Shown in pieces: positions 49,788-59,689 of a stretch of 64,000 nt of DNA. The stretch's first letter is position 1. Each line of letters opens with the position of its first letter. The DNA is from an uncultured Armatimonadetes bacterium. Its GTDB lineage: Bacteria; Armatimonadota; Hebobacteria; Hebobacterales; Hebobacteraceae. Below the pieces are notes generated by a model that made no database searches, had not been told where the DNA came from, and worked only from the letters and a program-made list of their open reading frames with translations. Where the stretch lies: the NCBI GenBank assembly GCA_963716175.1, contig OY970296.1:4000001-4064000 (forward strand). Reading direction: 5' to 3'. The position numbers and the translations under genes were made by a program.

Positions 49788-50529
49788 CCACCCGCAAGGT
49801 GTGCCGCGGCCGCCTCAGTTGGGCCTGCATCTCGGACAGGGTCACGAAGCGGTAGCCGCGGCGGCGCAGGTCTTGGATGATCTGGGGCAGCGCGTCTATG
49901 GTCTGCTGCACCCCGTCGTGCATCAGGATAATCCCGCCATTGCTGACGCGAGCCAGCACGCGCCGCTCGATCCTACGCTCGCTGCGGCTCAGGTAGTCGG
50001 CGGAGTTGTCCGTCCACAGCACCGTGGTGAGCCCGAGTTCGCCGGCCGCGGTGACGCTCTCGCGATCGTAGCGCCCACCCGGGGGCCGGCAGTATTTCAT
50101 CCGCTCTCCGGTGATCGCCTGCACCGCCTGCTCGCATTCCTCCCACTCGGAGGTGACCCTCTCGCCCGTCAGCCGCGCGATGTTCACGTGGTGGAAGGTG
50201 TGGTTGCCGATCTCGTGTCCGGCCGCCCGCTCCTCCCGCACCAGCTCCGGGTGCTTCTGGGCCATCTTGCCCACCACGAAGAAAGTCGCCTTCACCTGGC
50301 AGCGATCTAACGCCGCCAGCAGCTTCGGGGTGAACTCGGGATGCGGGCCATCGTCGAAGGTGAGAGCGACGGCTTTGACCGCGGGATTGCCGCGGGTGAG
50401 CTTCAGGTAAGGACTGTGCTTGCGCGACCCGCCAGCCGCTGGGCCCGGGCCGGTCGTCTGCCCGGCCGCGCTCGCGGCGAGCAGACAGGCAGCCAACACG
50501 AACGGGAATGCAACACCGCCTCTGAGCAT
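49762..50529 (-). CDS. NodB-type polysaccharide deacetylase (CE4), exported
   Basis: LTFDDGP, HEIGNHTFHH, RPPGG, ILMHDG. Confidence 0.92.
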   Translation of the reverse strand: MLRGGVAFPFVLAACLLAASAAGQTTGPGPAAGGSRKHSPYLKLTRGNPAVKAVALTFDDGPHPEFTPKLLAALDRCQVKATFFVVGKMAQKHPELVREERAAGHEIGNHTFHHVNIARLTGERVTSEWEECEQAVQAITGERMKYCRPPGGRYDRESVTAAGELGLTTVLWTDNSADYLSRSERRIERRVLARVSNGGIILMHDGVQQTIDALPQIIQDLRRRGYRFVTLSEMQAQLRRPRHTLRVAKALPAAP

Positions 50530-50577
50530 CTCCTAGTTTATTCCACATCGCCTGCACCCCGTTCTCACGCGCGGTAC

Positions 50578-50691
50578 TGTAGGGCGGCCATGCGCAGGTC
50601 GCCCGAGGCGACCAAGCATCGCCGCTGACGTGCCCAACTCTGCGGCGGCAATGCTCACACGCTTCCAGCGTGTTCGCATGGCCGCCCTACA
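50578..50691. repeat. REPIN-like inverted REP pair downstream of RAYT
   Basis: TGTAGGGCGGCCATGCG...GCATCGCCGC (48 nt) and inverted partner ending CGCATGGCCGCCCTACA. Confidence 0.85.
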
Positions 50692-50695
50692 ACTG

Positions 50696-51208
50696 CTACC
50701 AGGCCAGTGGGGCAATCTCGCCCTGGAAAGGCCATTGCGATGCATCGGCCACCAGGCCGGCCCGGACCGGGTTCTCTCGGACATACTCCCATTTCTCACC
50801 ATATGATTCAGCGCTGCGTAGCAGATGATCGAAGAACTCGCGCTGCCAGGCGAACGTGGGCAGAGACCTTCGGATCTCGTGTGCGGTGCTTCGCTTCCAG
50901 TACCGGAGGTATGCTGAGAGGCCCTTTGGGCTCCCATCAGCGGGGGCGGCAAAGAAATGGACATGGTCCGGCATGACCACGAAACGACCTACCAGCCAAC
51001 CGTGATCGGAACCGGAATCACGCCAGGCGTCAACCAGTATGCCGGCGATAGTCGGGTTCGCGAGCACGCCCAAGCGCTCTCTGACGCAGACCGTCAGGAA
51101 GAACAACGGCGCGCCAGGCACGAAGATCCGATCCAGGCGGCGGAGGTGTTTGCGTCTCGGCAGCGCATCATTGGGCCGGAACCCGCTCTCCTGCTGGTGA
51201 TCGGGCAC
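50696..51208 (-). CDS. REP-associated tyrosine transposase (RAYT/TnpA-REP, HUH Y1)
   Basis: FFLTVC, VVMPDHVH (HUH), WQREFFDHLLR, YVRENPVRAGL; flanked by GTAG REPs. Confidence 0.9.
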   Translation of the reverse strand: MPDHQQESGFRPNDALPRRKHLRRLDRIFVPGAPLFFLTVCVRERLGVLANPTIAGILVDAWRDSGSDHGWLVGRFVVMPDHVHFFAAPADGSPKGLSAYLRYWKRSTAHEIRRSLPTFAWQREFFDHLLRSAESYGEKWEYVRENPVRAGLVADASQWPFQGEIAPLAW

Positions 51209-51231
51209 GTCACTCCTCCAGGGGCCGTTGT

Positions 51232-51377
51232 TGTAGGGCGGCCATGCGCAGGTCGCCCGAGGCGACCAAGCATCGCCGCCAATCTGCTCCGCTCAGACAA
51301 GCGACGCCATGGAGAGTCCTCATAGCTCTTCAGCCGCGATGCGCTGTGCCTCCGGCAGCGCGCATCGCCGCCCTACA
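51232..51377. repeat. REPIN-like inverted REP pair upstream of RAYT
   Basis: 51232..51279 is identical to 50578..50625; inverted partner ends CGCATCGCCGCCCTACA. Confidence 0.85.
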
Positions 51378-53180
51378 CTACCTCCTCCTCAGCGCCTCCC
51401 GCAGCGTCATCCACATCAGCTTCGGCAGGGCCCACAGTCGCGGCAGGCGCTTCGGTTCTCGCAGCGCCCGGTAAAGCCATTCCAGGCCGGCCCGCTGCAT
51501 CCACTGGGGCGCGCGCTTGACCCGGCCGGCGAGCACGTCGAAGGTCCCGCCCACGCCGATGGCGACTGGAGCCTGAATCTCGGCCTGGTGCTGCCGGATC
51601 CACTTCTCCTGCTTCGGTGCGCCGAAGGCGACGAGCAGGATGTCCGGCCGGGCCTCTGCGATAGCTCGCACCACCTCCGGCTCCTCCTCGGCGGTGAAGT
51701 ACCCGTGCTGAGCGCCGGCCACCCGCAGGCCCGGATAGCGCGACTGCAGCACCCGGGCCGCTTCCTCCGCCACCCCAGGCGCGGCTCCGAGCAGGTAGAC
51801 CGAATGCCCCCGCTGGGCCGCCTGCTCGCAGATCCGCTCCACCAGGTCAGCCCCGGAAACGCGCTCCCTCAGCGGAAGCCCCAGCACTCGCGCCATCCAC
51901 ACCACGCCCCGCCCGTCCGCCGTGACCATGTCGGCGCTCCGCACGATCTCCTGGAACTCCCGGTCATCGTGGGCCCGCACCAGGCCTGGGGTATCGGAGG
52001 TGACGATGAGGTGGGGGCGGCCCTCCTCCACGAACTGCTCCACTCGCGCCAGCGCCCCTGCCATGTCTATCCTGGCGATCGGCACACCCAGCAGGTCCGC
52101 TCTCTCCTCTCCGGTCTCGGTCGGCTCCCGGAGGATGCGCGCCAGGAAGAAGAAGATCACGAAACCGAGGGCAAGTGCCGCCAGCAGAATCGCCAGCTTG
52201 ATGAGAAAAGAGGCCCTGACGATGAGGGCAAGCAGGAGGGCGAGCGCGCAGAGGTAGGCGGTGGCGCCCTGGAAGAGCCGCGCGGTCCGCCGCGGGCTCA
52301 AGCCGGTCCGAATCAGGGCCTCGTGCAGCAGCTCCCTGCGCTGACCCAGGGCCAGCCGCGGCCGTCCGCGGGCGGCGCCGTAGATGATGGCGTAGGTGGT
52401 CTCTCCTACCGGCACGCCAAGCGCTAACAGCGGCACGCCGATCACCAGGAAGGCGGTGTTCTTGAGCAGCCCGACGATGGTGATGGCGCCCAGCGCGAAC
52501 CCCATCGCCCAATGGCCGGAGCTGCCGAGGGCGGGGTAGTCGCCTCTCGCCGCTCCCGCGGCTGCGGCCGCCAGCGCCAGCCCGAGCAGGCCGGCGGCGG
52601 GCGCGGAGCGGGAGGGCCCCACCACCAGCGCGGCCAGGGCGAAGGTCAACGCGATGATCGCCACCAGGCCGGCGGTGAGCTTCGGCAGGCGCCGGCAGAG
52701 CACGACCGCGTAGACCACGGCCATCAGCCAGGCGATGCTGGCCGGCACCGACCAGGCTCCCAGTGAGATCATATGGGTGGTGAAGGGGGGCTTGATCTCC
52801 TCCACCCGGATGCCGAGCCAAACCCCAAACCAGGCGATGCCCCCGGCCAGCAGCGCCTGCACCGGCCGCGGCAGCCCGAGCACATCGTTGAGCATCCCGG
52901 CGAGCCCGGCCAGCACTACCAGCAGAGCCACCAGCTCCAGCTCGGGTGAACCGCTGCCGAATAAGAGCAGCGGAAGCGCGAAGGCGATGGTGATGCTGAG
53001 GCCGGAGATGGCCCACTGACGCCGGGGGCGCACACCCGGCGGGACCTCCTCGCGGGCGATCAGGCGCAGCCGGGAGCCGATCAGGTACGGCGTGACGAAG
53101 GAGATGGCAAAGCAGAGGGCCACCAGCAGGATGGCCCCGACCGGCCGGAGGTGTCCCGTCGCCCCATCCAGCGCCTGCAC
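51378..53180 (-). CDS. Fusion of a degenerate MraY/WecA(TagO)-like membrane domain and a WecB/TagA/CpsF (GT26) glycosyltransferase
   Basis: Multi-TM N-terminal part. C-terminus has ADGRGVVW, RVSGADL, FGAPKQEKW, GVGGTFD, GLEWLYR. Confidence 0.85.
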   Translation of the reverse strand: MQALDGATGHLRPVGAILLVALCFAISFVTPYLIGSRLRLIAREEVPPGVRPRRQWAISGLSITIAFALPLLLFGSGSPELELVALLVVLAGLAGMLNDVLGLPRPVQALLAGGIAWFGVWLGIRVEEIKPPFTTHMISLGAWSVPASIAWLMAVVYAVVLCRRLPKLTAGLVAIIALTFALAALVVGPSRSAPAAGLLGLALAAAAAGAARGDYPALGSSGHWAMGFALGAITIVGLLKNTAFLVIGVPLLALGVPVGETTYAIIYGAARGRPRLALGQRRELLHEALIRTGLSPRRTARLFQGATAYLCALALLLALIVRASFLIKLAILLAALALGFVIFFFLARILREPTETGEERADLLGVPIARIDMAGALARVEQFVEEGRPHLIVTSDTPGLVRAHDDREFQEIVRSADMVTADGRGVVWMARVLGLPLRERVSGADLVERICEQAAQRGHSVYLLGAAPGVAEEAARVLQSRYPGLRVAGAQHGYFTAEEEPEVVRAIAEARPDILLVAFGAPKQEKWIRQHQAEIQAPVAIGVGGTFDVLAGRVKRAPQWMQRAGLEWLYRALREPKRLPRLWALPKLMWMTLREALRRR

Positions 53181-53205
53181 GGATGCTCTCCCCAGTGGGC
53201 TGATC

Positions 53206-54462
53206 TCAGGTGCCCGCCTGGTAATCCGCCAGATACTTCTCCTGCTCAGGGCTCAGAGCATCTATGGTGATGCCCATCGCCGCCAGCTTCAGCCGCGCCA
53301 CCTCTGAGTCAATCTCGCGCGGCACCTGGTGAACCCGCTTCTCCAGCGTCTTCCCGTGCTGGGCGAGGTAGACCGCGCAGAGCGCCTGGTTGGCGAAGCT
53401 CATGTCCATCACGCTTGCGGGATGGCCCTCGGCGGCCGCCAGGTTCACCAGGCGTCCCTCGGCCAGCAAGTAGATGCGCCGCCCATCCTTCAGCGTGAAC
53501 TCGTCCACCGCGGGCCGGACGCGCCGCTCCGACTCCGACATGGCGCGGAGGCCCGGGATGTCAATCTCCACGTCGAAATGCCCGGAGTTGCAGACGACGG
53601 CGCCATCCTTCATCACCTCGAAATGCTCCCGGCGCAGCACGTGGACGTCTCCCGTGAGGGTCACAAACACCTCCCCCCAGCGCGCCGCCTCTGCCAACGG
53701 CAGCACCAGGTAGCCGTCCATGGCCGCCTCCAGCGCGCGCAGCGCGTCCACCTCGCACACCGCCACCACCGCCCCCATGCCGCGCGCCCGCATCGCCACC
53801 CCGCGGCCGCACCAGCCATAGCCGCAGACCACGAAATGCCGGCCCGCCATCAGCAGGTTGGTGGCGCGGATGATCCCGTCCACCGTGCTCTGCCCGGTGC
53901 CGTAACGATTGTCGAAGAGGTGCTTGGTGTCGGCGTCGTTCACCGCGATCACAGGATAGGCCAGCGCGCCCCGCTGCTCCATCGCCCGCAGTCGGATCAC
54001 CCCGGTGGTGGTCTCCTCCGATCCGCCCAGCATCCCGGCCAGCATCTCCGGGTGCTTCTTGTGGATGGTGAAGACCAGATCGCAGCCATCGTCCATGGTG
54101 ATCCGAGGGCCGGCCGCGATCACTGACTCGATGTGCCGGTAATAGGTCTCGTTGTCCTCGCCCCGGATGGCGAACACCGGGATCTTCAGCTCCGCGGCCA
54201 ACCAGGCCGCGGCATCATCCTGGGTGCTGAGTGGATTGGAGGCGCACAGCGCCACCTCCGCGCCGGCGGTGGTGAGGGTGCGCATCAGGTTCGCGGTCTC
54301 GGTGGTCACATGCAGGCAAGCCCCCAGGCGGATGCCGACCAGCGGCCGCTCTTTCGCGAACCGCTCCCGCAATCCCCGCAGCACCGGCATCTGCTGGTCC
54401 GCGTATTCGATCCGGAGGCCGCCCGCGGTCGCCAGCCCCGTATCCTTGACATCATAGCTCAT
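53206..54462 (-). CDS. ahcY: Adenosylhomocysteinase
   Basis: [41 protein letters not shown]. Confidence 0.96.
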   Translation of the reverse strand: MSYDVKDTGLATAGGLRIEYADQQMPVLRGLRERFAKERPLVGIRLGACLHVTTETANLMRTLTTAGAEVALCASNPLSTQDDAAAWLAAELKIPVFAIRGEDNETYYRHIESVIAAGPRITMDDGCDLVFTIHKKHPEMLAGMLGGSEETTTGVIRLRAMEQRGALAYPVIAVNDADTKHLFDNRYGTGQSTVDGIIRATNLLMAGRHFVVCGYGWCGRGVAMRARGMGAVVAVCEVDALRALEAAMDGYLVLPLAEAARWGEVFVTLTGDVHVLRREHFEVMKDGAVVCNSGHFDVEIDIPGLRAMSESERRVRPAVDEFTLKDGRRIYLLAEGRLVNLAAAEGHPASVMDMSFANQALCAVYLAQHGKTLEKRVHQVPREIDSEVARLKLAAMGITIDALSPEQEKYLADYQAGT

Positions 54463-55612
54463 GGGCCACCTTCTCTTCCGAGATGGGCGCCGCTTGCTCA
54501 CCCGTGAACTCCAGGATAGCGCTCACCACCTGGCCCATCTTCTCATCGGTCAGCTCCGGATAGACAGGGATGGAGAGCACTTCCCTGGCCAGCCGCTCCG
54601 CCACCGGGAAATCACCCTCGCGGTAGCCCAGGCCCTGGTAGGCCTCTTGCAGATGCAGCGGCAGTGGGTAGTAGATCTCGGTCCCGATGCCGCGCTCGGA
54701 GAGATGGCGGCGCAGCGCATCTCGCTGCGGGCAGCGCAAGGTGTAGAGACAGTAGACATGTGACCCGTCGCGGCTGGCCGAGGGCAGACCGAGGCCGGAG
54801 TGCGCAAGCAGGGCGCGGTAGCGGGCGGCGTGGCGGGCACGCAGGCGATTCCAGGACTCGAGATGGGGCAGCTTCACTCTCAGGATGGCGGCCTGCATCT
54901 CATCCAGGCGGCTGTTGTAGCCGACTGTGGGGTGATGGTACTTCTTCCCTCCCAGCACCGATGCGTCCGCCTGCTGGCGCAGCAGCCTGACCTGGGTGGC
55001 CACTCGCTCATCGTGCGTGACCACCATCCCGCCGTCACCGCAGCCGGCCAGATTCTTGGTCGGGTAGAAGCTGAAGCAGCCAGTGTTCCCCAGCGAGCCC
55101 AGCATGCGCCCCTGCCACCTTCCCCCGACCGCCTGGGCCACGTCTTCCACCACACCGAGATCATGCGCCCGGGCCAGGTCGAGCACCTCGTCCATCAGCG
55201 CCGCTTCCCCGTAGAGGTGCACTGGGATGATGGCCCGCGTGCGCTCCGTGATGCGGCGGGCGGCATCCGCGGGATCCAGGTTGAAGCCACCAGCAAGCGA
55301 GTCCACGAACACGGGCCTTGCTCCCAGGTGGCAGACCGCGGCCGCGGTGGCCGCGTAGGTGAACGTGGGCACCAGCACCTCGTCGCCGGCCTGGATGCCC
55401 AGCGCGGCCAGGGAGAGAGTGAGCGCGTCGGTGCCCGAGGCCACCCCGACCGCGAACCCGACCTCGCAGAAGCGCGCCATCTCCTCCTCGAAGGCCAGCA
55501 CGTTGGGTCCGGTGACGAAGATGGAGCTGTCGAACACCTGTCGCAGCGCGGCCGTGATCTGGGGTTGCAGCGCCCGGTGCTGGGGGCGCAGGTCAATCAG
55601 TGGAACCTGCAT
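54452..55612 (-). CDS. DegT/DnrJ/EryC1/StrS aminotransferase
   Basis: [38 protein letters not shown]. Confidence 0.93.
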   Translation of the reverse strand: MQVPLIDLRPQHRALQPQITAALRQVFDSSIFVTGPNVLAFEEEMARFCEVGFAVGVASGTDALTLSLAALGIQAGDEVLVPTFTYAATAAAVCHLGARPVFVDSLAGGFNLDPADAARRITERTRAIIPVHLYGEAALMDEVLDLARAHDLGVVEDVAQAVGGRWQGRMLGSLGNTGCFSFYPTKNLAGCGDGGMVVTHDERVATQVRLLRQQADASVLGGKKYHHPTVGYNSRLDEMQAAILRVKLPHLESWNRLRARHAARYRALLAHSGLGLPSASRDGSHVYCLYTLRCPQRDALRRHLSERGIGTEIYYPLPLHLQEAYQGLGYREGDFPVAERLAREVLSIPVYPELTDEKMGQVVSAILEFTGEQAAPISEEKVAHEL

Positions 55613-55726
55613 CCCGTGGGCCCTGCCCTCGCCCGCGCCCGTCTTGCCTTCCCGCATGCCGCGCCTCCAGGGAGTCAGACCCCGGCGCGCCGAAGCGCGC
55701 CTCGCATGTCCTGGGTGCCTTCCGAC

Positions 55727-55798
55727 AGCCGGCGGTCGGACTCGAACCGACGACCGGCGGTTTACGAAACCGCTGCTCTGCCACTGAGCTACGCCGGC
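55727..55798 (-). tRNA. tRNA-Thr (CGT)
   Basis: GCCGGCGTAGCTCAGTGGCAGAGCAGCGGTTTCGTAAACCGCCGGTCGTCGGTTCGAGTCCGACCGCCGGCT forms a cloverleaf with anticodon CGT; CCA not encoded. Confidence 0.95.
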
Positions 55799-55933
55799 GC
55801 TGACAGGACAATATCACAAGCCCGTTCTGGCTGTCAACGCGAGCGCGGCCCGGCGCCCGATGGTGCAGGGGTCGCTGGGGGATGGGGCGAAGCCCCTGGC
55901 AGCGATGCTGTCTGCGGAGACGAGGTGCAGAGA

Positions 55934-58096
55934 ATGCGGCCCTTGCTTTGCCGCCTGGCGGCGATCGGGGTCATGATGGGAGGGTTCACCATGGGCAGTG
56001 CAGCGCAGCCATGCGACCAGCCTCTGGGAGCGCGGATCGCGCAGTTCCTGGCGCAAGCGCGTTCGGAATCCGGTGATGAAGCGCCCCCCGAGGCCTTGAC
56101 CTACGGTCACCTCCGCGTCTTCTGCTCCCAGGACGTGGATCAGATCCTGGCCGCGGGAGGGAACTTCTCGATCACCGGTGTGATGGAATTCGCTCGCGGT
56201 GACCCTCATCGCATGACGCGGGCGCAATTCGACCAGAGGATGGTGGAGATCCGACAGTTCACCAGCCGCGCCCACGCGGCCGGGATCAAGGTCATCTCCT
56301 ATGTCACGCAAAACCCCTCCACCTCGCGAGAGGGAGATGTGACCGGCTGGGCCGTGGGCGAGGCCTATCATGACCCGGAGAAATGGAACCGCTACGCCAA
56401 TCTTTTCGGGCCGCGGCCGGAAGAGCCAGTGGAGGAGTGGCTGCAGCGCAAGGCCGACGGAAGCTATGGCGGCTTCGTCTGGATTCCGCCCAGCGCCACC
56501 CACGAGCGCCACTATGAGCTGGAGGGATGTCCTCACAGCCCCGGCTTTCGGCAGTACGTCGCCGGCATCATGAACCTGCTGGTGGCGGCCGGCGTTGACG
56601 GCATCTACCTGGATCACTCCGAGATCGAGGAGCCCTTCTCCCAGGACTCGCAGCGCTGCTTCCGGGAGTTCCTCTCGGCGCGCTACAGTAGGGATGAGCT
56701 GCGCCAGCTCTTCGGCCTGGAGGACTTGACGAAGGTGAGACCGGCAGAGGATGAGGCGGACCCTCTGCGGACCGAAACCACCCTCTTCTGTGCCGCCAGC
56801 GAGGCCGAGTTCCACGCCTTCCTGCGAGATCGCGCCCGCCAGCAGGACCCGGACTTCATCATGGCCGGCAACCTCTACGGCGGCCACGGGTTCCAGGTCT
56901 CCGCGCTGCTGGGCCGGGACATCCAGATCGCTGGCGCTGTGGACACGTTCCTCTACAGCGAACTCGCCACTGGCACACAGACCCCGGAAGAGGGCCAGCG
57001 CAACCTGCCTGGAATCCGCAATGGGGTCAAGACCTCAGTCGCTTCTCTGGTCAGAGTGCTGGCGGCTTCGGCCCGCACGGGTGCGGCGATCAGCTACAGC
57101 TACTATCCCCAAGCTCCCAACCCCGTCCCGACCGAGGCGGCGCTGTTCAACTTGCAGCGGCTGGCGATGGCGGAGGCTTTCGCCAACCACTCCGCCTTCC
57201 GCCGCGTCGAGTCCCATCACCGCGAGCCGGTGCGGCAGGCGGCCAAGACGGTATACGATCTCCTGCGCAGCGTCGAGCCCGAGATGCTGGGAGCGGAGCC
57301 GGCGGCGAATGTGGCCGTCCTGGCCTCCATGGAAGGCGGCTACCAGCGCCGCTACAGCTATGATCTGGAGGTGTCCAGGGCGCTCGCCGACGCCGGCCTC
57401 GCGCACGACATCCTGGCCCCGCGCAACATCGCGCCCGAGCGACTCGCGCGGTACCGCGCCATCGTGCTGCCGAACGCCGCGGTGCTGGGCGACCGCGACT
57501 ATGAAGTCCTTCGCAAGTATCAGGAGAATGGCGGATCGCTGATCGCATTCGGAGAAGTGGGGACGCTGGACAACCGCGGCGGCCCCGGGCCTGCGCAGGC
57601 TGAAGGCCGAATACCGGGGCTGCGCGAGATCGCCCTGAACGCAGAGCAGGCCGCCTGGGACAATCGGCATGTGGGCTGGGACGAAGGCCGCAAGCAGCAC
57701 GCGGCCTGGGCTCGCGGCCAGTGGCCCGACCAACTGCGCCCGACCATGGAGGGGGTGGTCGCAGCGGTGGAGCAGGTCGTCGGAGACGCGTTCACCGCCA
57801 GGCGACAGGGGCCAAGCTCGGTCGAGATCAGTGTCATGCGGCGGCCCGGCAGCGACGACCTGATCATCCAGGCGGTGAACTACGCGGTGGATCTGGACGG
57901 CAAGGTGACACCCGCGGAGAACGTCAGTATCGCGGTTTGCCCGCCCGCGGGCCGGCAGGTGGCCCGGGTCGAGTGGCACGCGCTGGACGGCGTGAGCGAG
58001 ACCCTCCCTGCCACCAACGCGGCCGGCCACGCGCAGTTTGTGATCCCGAAGCTGGAGATCTACGGAATCGCGATCCTGCGCACGACAGCCCGCTAG
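55934..58096 (+). CDS. Exported glycoside hydrolase-like protein with beta-galactosidase trimerisation-like domain
   Basis: RAHAAGIKVISY, GVDGIYLD, LARYRAIVLPNAAVL..GGSLIAFG. The ORF track start (54800) overlaps other genes, so 55934 is more plausible. Confidence 0.7.
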   Translation: MRPLLCRLAAIGVMMGGFTMGSAAQPCDQPLGARIAQFLAQARSESGDEAPPEALTYGHLRVFCSQDVDQILAAGGNFSITGVMEFARGDPHRMTRAQFDQRMVEIRQFTSRAHAAGIKVISYVTQNPSTSREGDVTGWAVGEAYHDPEKWNRYANLFGPRPEEPVEEWLQRKADGSYGGFVWIPPSATHERHYELEGCPHSPGFRQYVAGIMNLLVAAGVDGIYLDHSEIEEPFSQDSQRCFREFLSARYSRDELRQLFGLEDLTKVRPAEDEADPLRTETTLFCAASEAEFHAFLRDRARQQDPDFIMAGNLYGGHGFQVSALLGRDIQIAGAVDTFLYSELATGTQTPEEGQRNLPGIRNGVKTSVASLVRVLAASARTGAAISYSYYPQAPNPVPTEAALFNLQRLAMAEAFANHSAFRRVESHHREPVRQAAKTVYDLLRSVEPEMLGAEPAANVAVLASMEGGYQRRYSYDLEVSRALADAGLAHDILAPRNIAPERLARYRAIVLPNAAVLGDRDYEVLRKYQENGGSLIAFGEVGTLDNRGGPGPAQAEGRIPGLREIALNAEQAAWDNRHVGWDEGRKQHAAWARGQWPDQLRPTMEGVVAAVEQVVGDAFTARRQGPSSVEISVMRRPGSDDLIIQAVNYAVDLDGKVTPAENVSIAVCPPAGRQVARVEWHALDGVSETLPATNAAGHAQFVIPKLEIYGIAILRTTAR

Positions 58097-58119
58097 CGGA
58101 CCGGCCGGTGCAGAAATGA

Positions 58120-58154
58120 CTCCAGCCCTGGCGAGGGGTGTGCCAGGGCTGGAG
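58120..58154. terminator. Hairpin between convergent genes
   Basis: CTCCAGCCCTGGC-N9-GCCAGGGCTGGAG, a perfect 13-bp stem. Confidence 0.6.
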
Positions 58155-58212
58155 AGCAGCGGACTGGACTCGGAGCGGCGCGATGGCGCGGCCTCCGAGC
58201 GCGTGAGCCAGC

Positions 58213-59224
58213 CTACCAGCAGTAGCCCTCCCATTCCGACGGGTAGAGCTGGGCGCCCATCCCGCGGAGATGTCCGCCGTTGAGGTTGAAGGCCGACGGA
58301 CTGTTGCTCATGATGGCCTCAGCCGCGAACCACGCACCATGGCCATCGGCGAAGCCCATGTTGGAGCCGCCCATGTGGCGGGCATAGTGCTTCCGCAGCT
58401 CGACATCGTCCCAGAAGGTGAGCTCCTCACAGCACTCGCCCGCGCAGATACCGATGGTCCCGCATATCTCCGGATAGGCCACTGCGGAGGGGTACTCGAC
58501 GTCATTCCACAAGGAGTCGCCGCAGACCACGAACCAGGATGGGTCCTCGATCTGCGACGTCTTCAAGTCGCAGTTGTGAGGGCCGAAACTGAAGCTGGGA
58601 GCCGGGTGGCTGGTGGTACCGATGTTCTCGGCGAAGGTGCCTGTCTCCCCGGCCGCCAGCGTCATCTGAGTTATCGAGTCGGTGATCGTGCCGCCCCAGC
58701 CCGGCGGCCAGCCTACGCAGCATGGGCCGCCGCCGCCGCTCGTCTCGCAGTTGCTATTGTTGTGGCCCCACATGCCCTCGTGATCACTCAGCCACTTGAC
58801 CCAATTTCCGTCCGGGGCGCCCACGATCCAGCTCGCCCAGGTGTCGTACTGCGCGCTGGCGCACCGCCACACGTCGCGGTTCTTGATGTACTCATCGAGG
58901 ATGACGGGCCAGCGCAGATAGGGATTCGCGAAGGCCGCGCGGTCGCAGTGACCCGAGGCGTAGCTGTAGCTGCCCTCCACCCGGCGCTCCATCGAAGTAA
59001 GCAAATGCGGCCGGGTCGTGCTCACTCGGCGGGAAGCGGTCGTAGTCCGTGAGGTACATCTGCAGCGCCAGTGCGATGTTCTTCACATTGGAAAGGCACT
59101 GGATCTTGCGCGCCGACTCACGCGCTCGCGCGAACACCGGGAACAGCATCGCCGCCAGGATCGCAATGATCGCGATCACTACCAACAACTCGATCAGGGT
59201 GAAGCCCTTCTCTCTCCGTGTCAT
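58213..59224 (-). CDS. Prepilin-type N-terminal cleavage / H-X9-DG (DUF1559-like) protein, frameshift near 58975
   Basis: [32 protein letters not shown]...CLSN; C-terminal [14 protein letters not shown] is in the other frame. Confidence 0.85.
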
Positions 59225-59689
59225 GATGGTATCTCCACCTCTCTCCACGGTATAACATCTCCCTGCTAACCACACCGACTCGACGGCGCTTCTCTCACCT
59301 CCTCTCCCCCGGCCTGACTCCCGTACACCAGCCGCGCGCCGGGCACTCTCGTTCTGCGCCAGGGGGGCAGCGCAGCCAGACAAACAGCAGAGGCGCTCGC
59401 TTTCGCCGAGCGCCTCACCTGACCCGAAACCAATAACACCCACGGCCCGGGCCGAGCCCTGCACCGACCCTCGTCCGCCTCCGCCGGCCACCTGCTCTCC
59501 GGAACGGCAAAAGCCCGCCCGCATCGTGGTCTCCGGTCTCTCACCCCACGGCTCTTACATATCACCTGCTCGGCCGCTAGTCAAGAGCTTCTTCGTGAGA
59601 AGTCTAACCGCAGAGTATGGGTGAAACGCAGCCTTCTGCAGGGCGGGCGTGCCTACGCCCGCCAGCAGCGAGCCCAGTGGAGGCCCGCG

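Noticed and set aside
50578-51377. Identical 48-bp direct repeats as a CRISPR array
   Set aside because: Only two copies, 650 bp apart, flanking a RAYT gene; no spacers and no cas genes.
54463-55726. SAH/SAM riboswitch for ahcY
   Set aside because: ahcY overlaps the upstream gene's end, and the leader after the tRNA shows only a UUCG hairpin with no recognisable riboswitch consensus.
55700-55800. tRNA-Thr as an integration site for an island
   Set aside because: No integrase and no duplicated tRNA 3' end found in the window.
19670-58980. Programmed ribosomal frameshifting at the five split genes
   Set aside because: No canonical slippery heptamers seen, and the genes belong to unrelated families. 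Scattered single indels fit sequencing or assembly error better.
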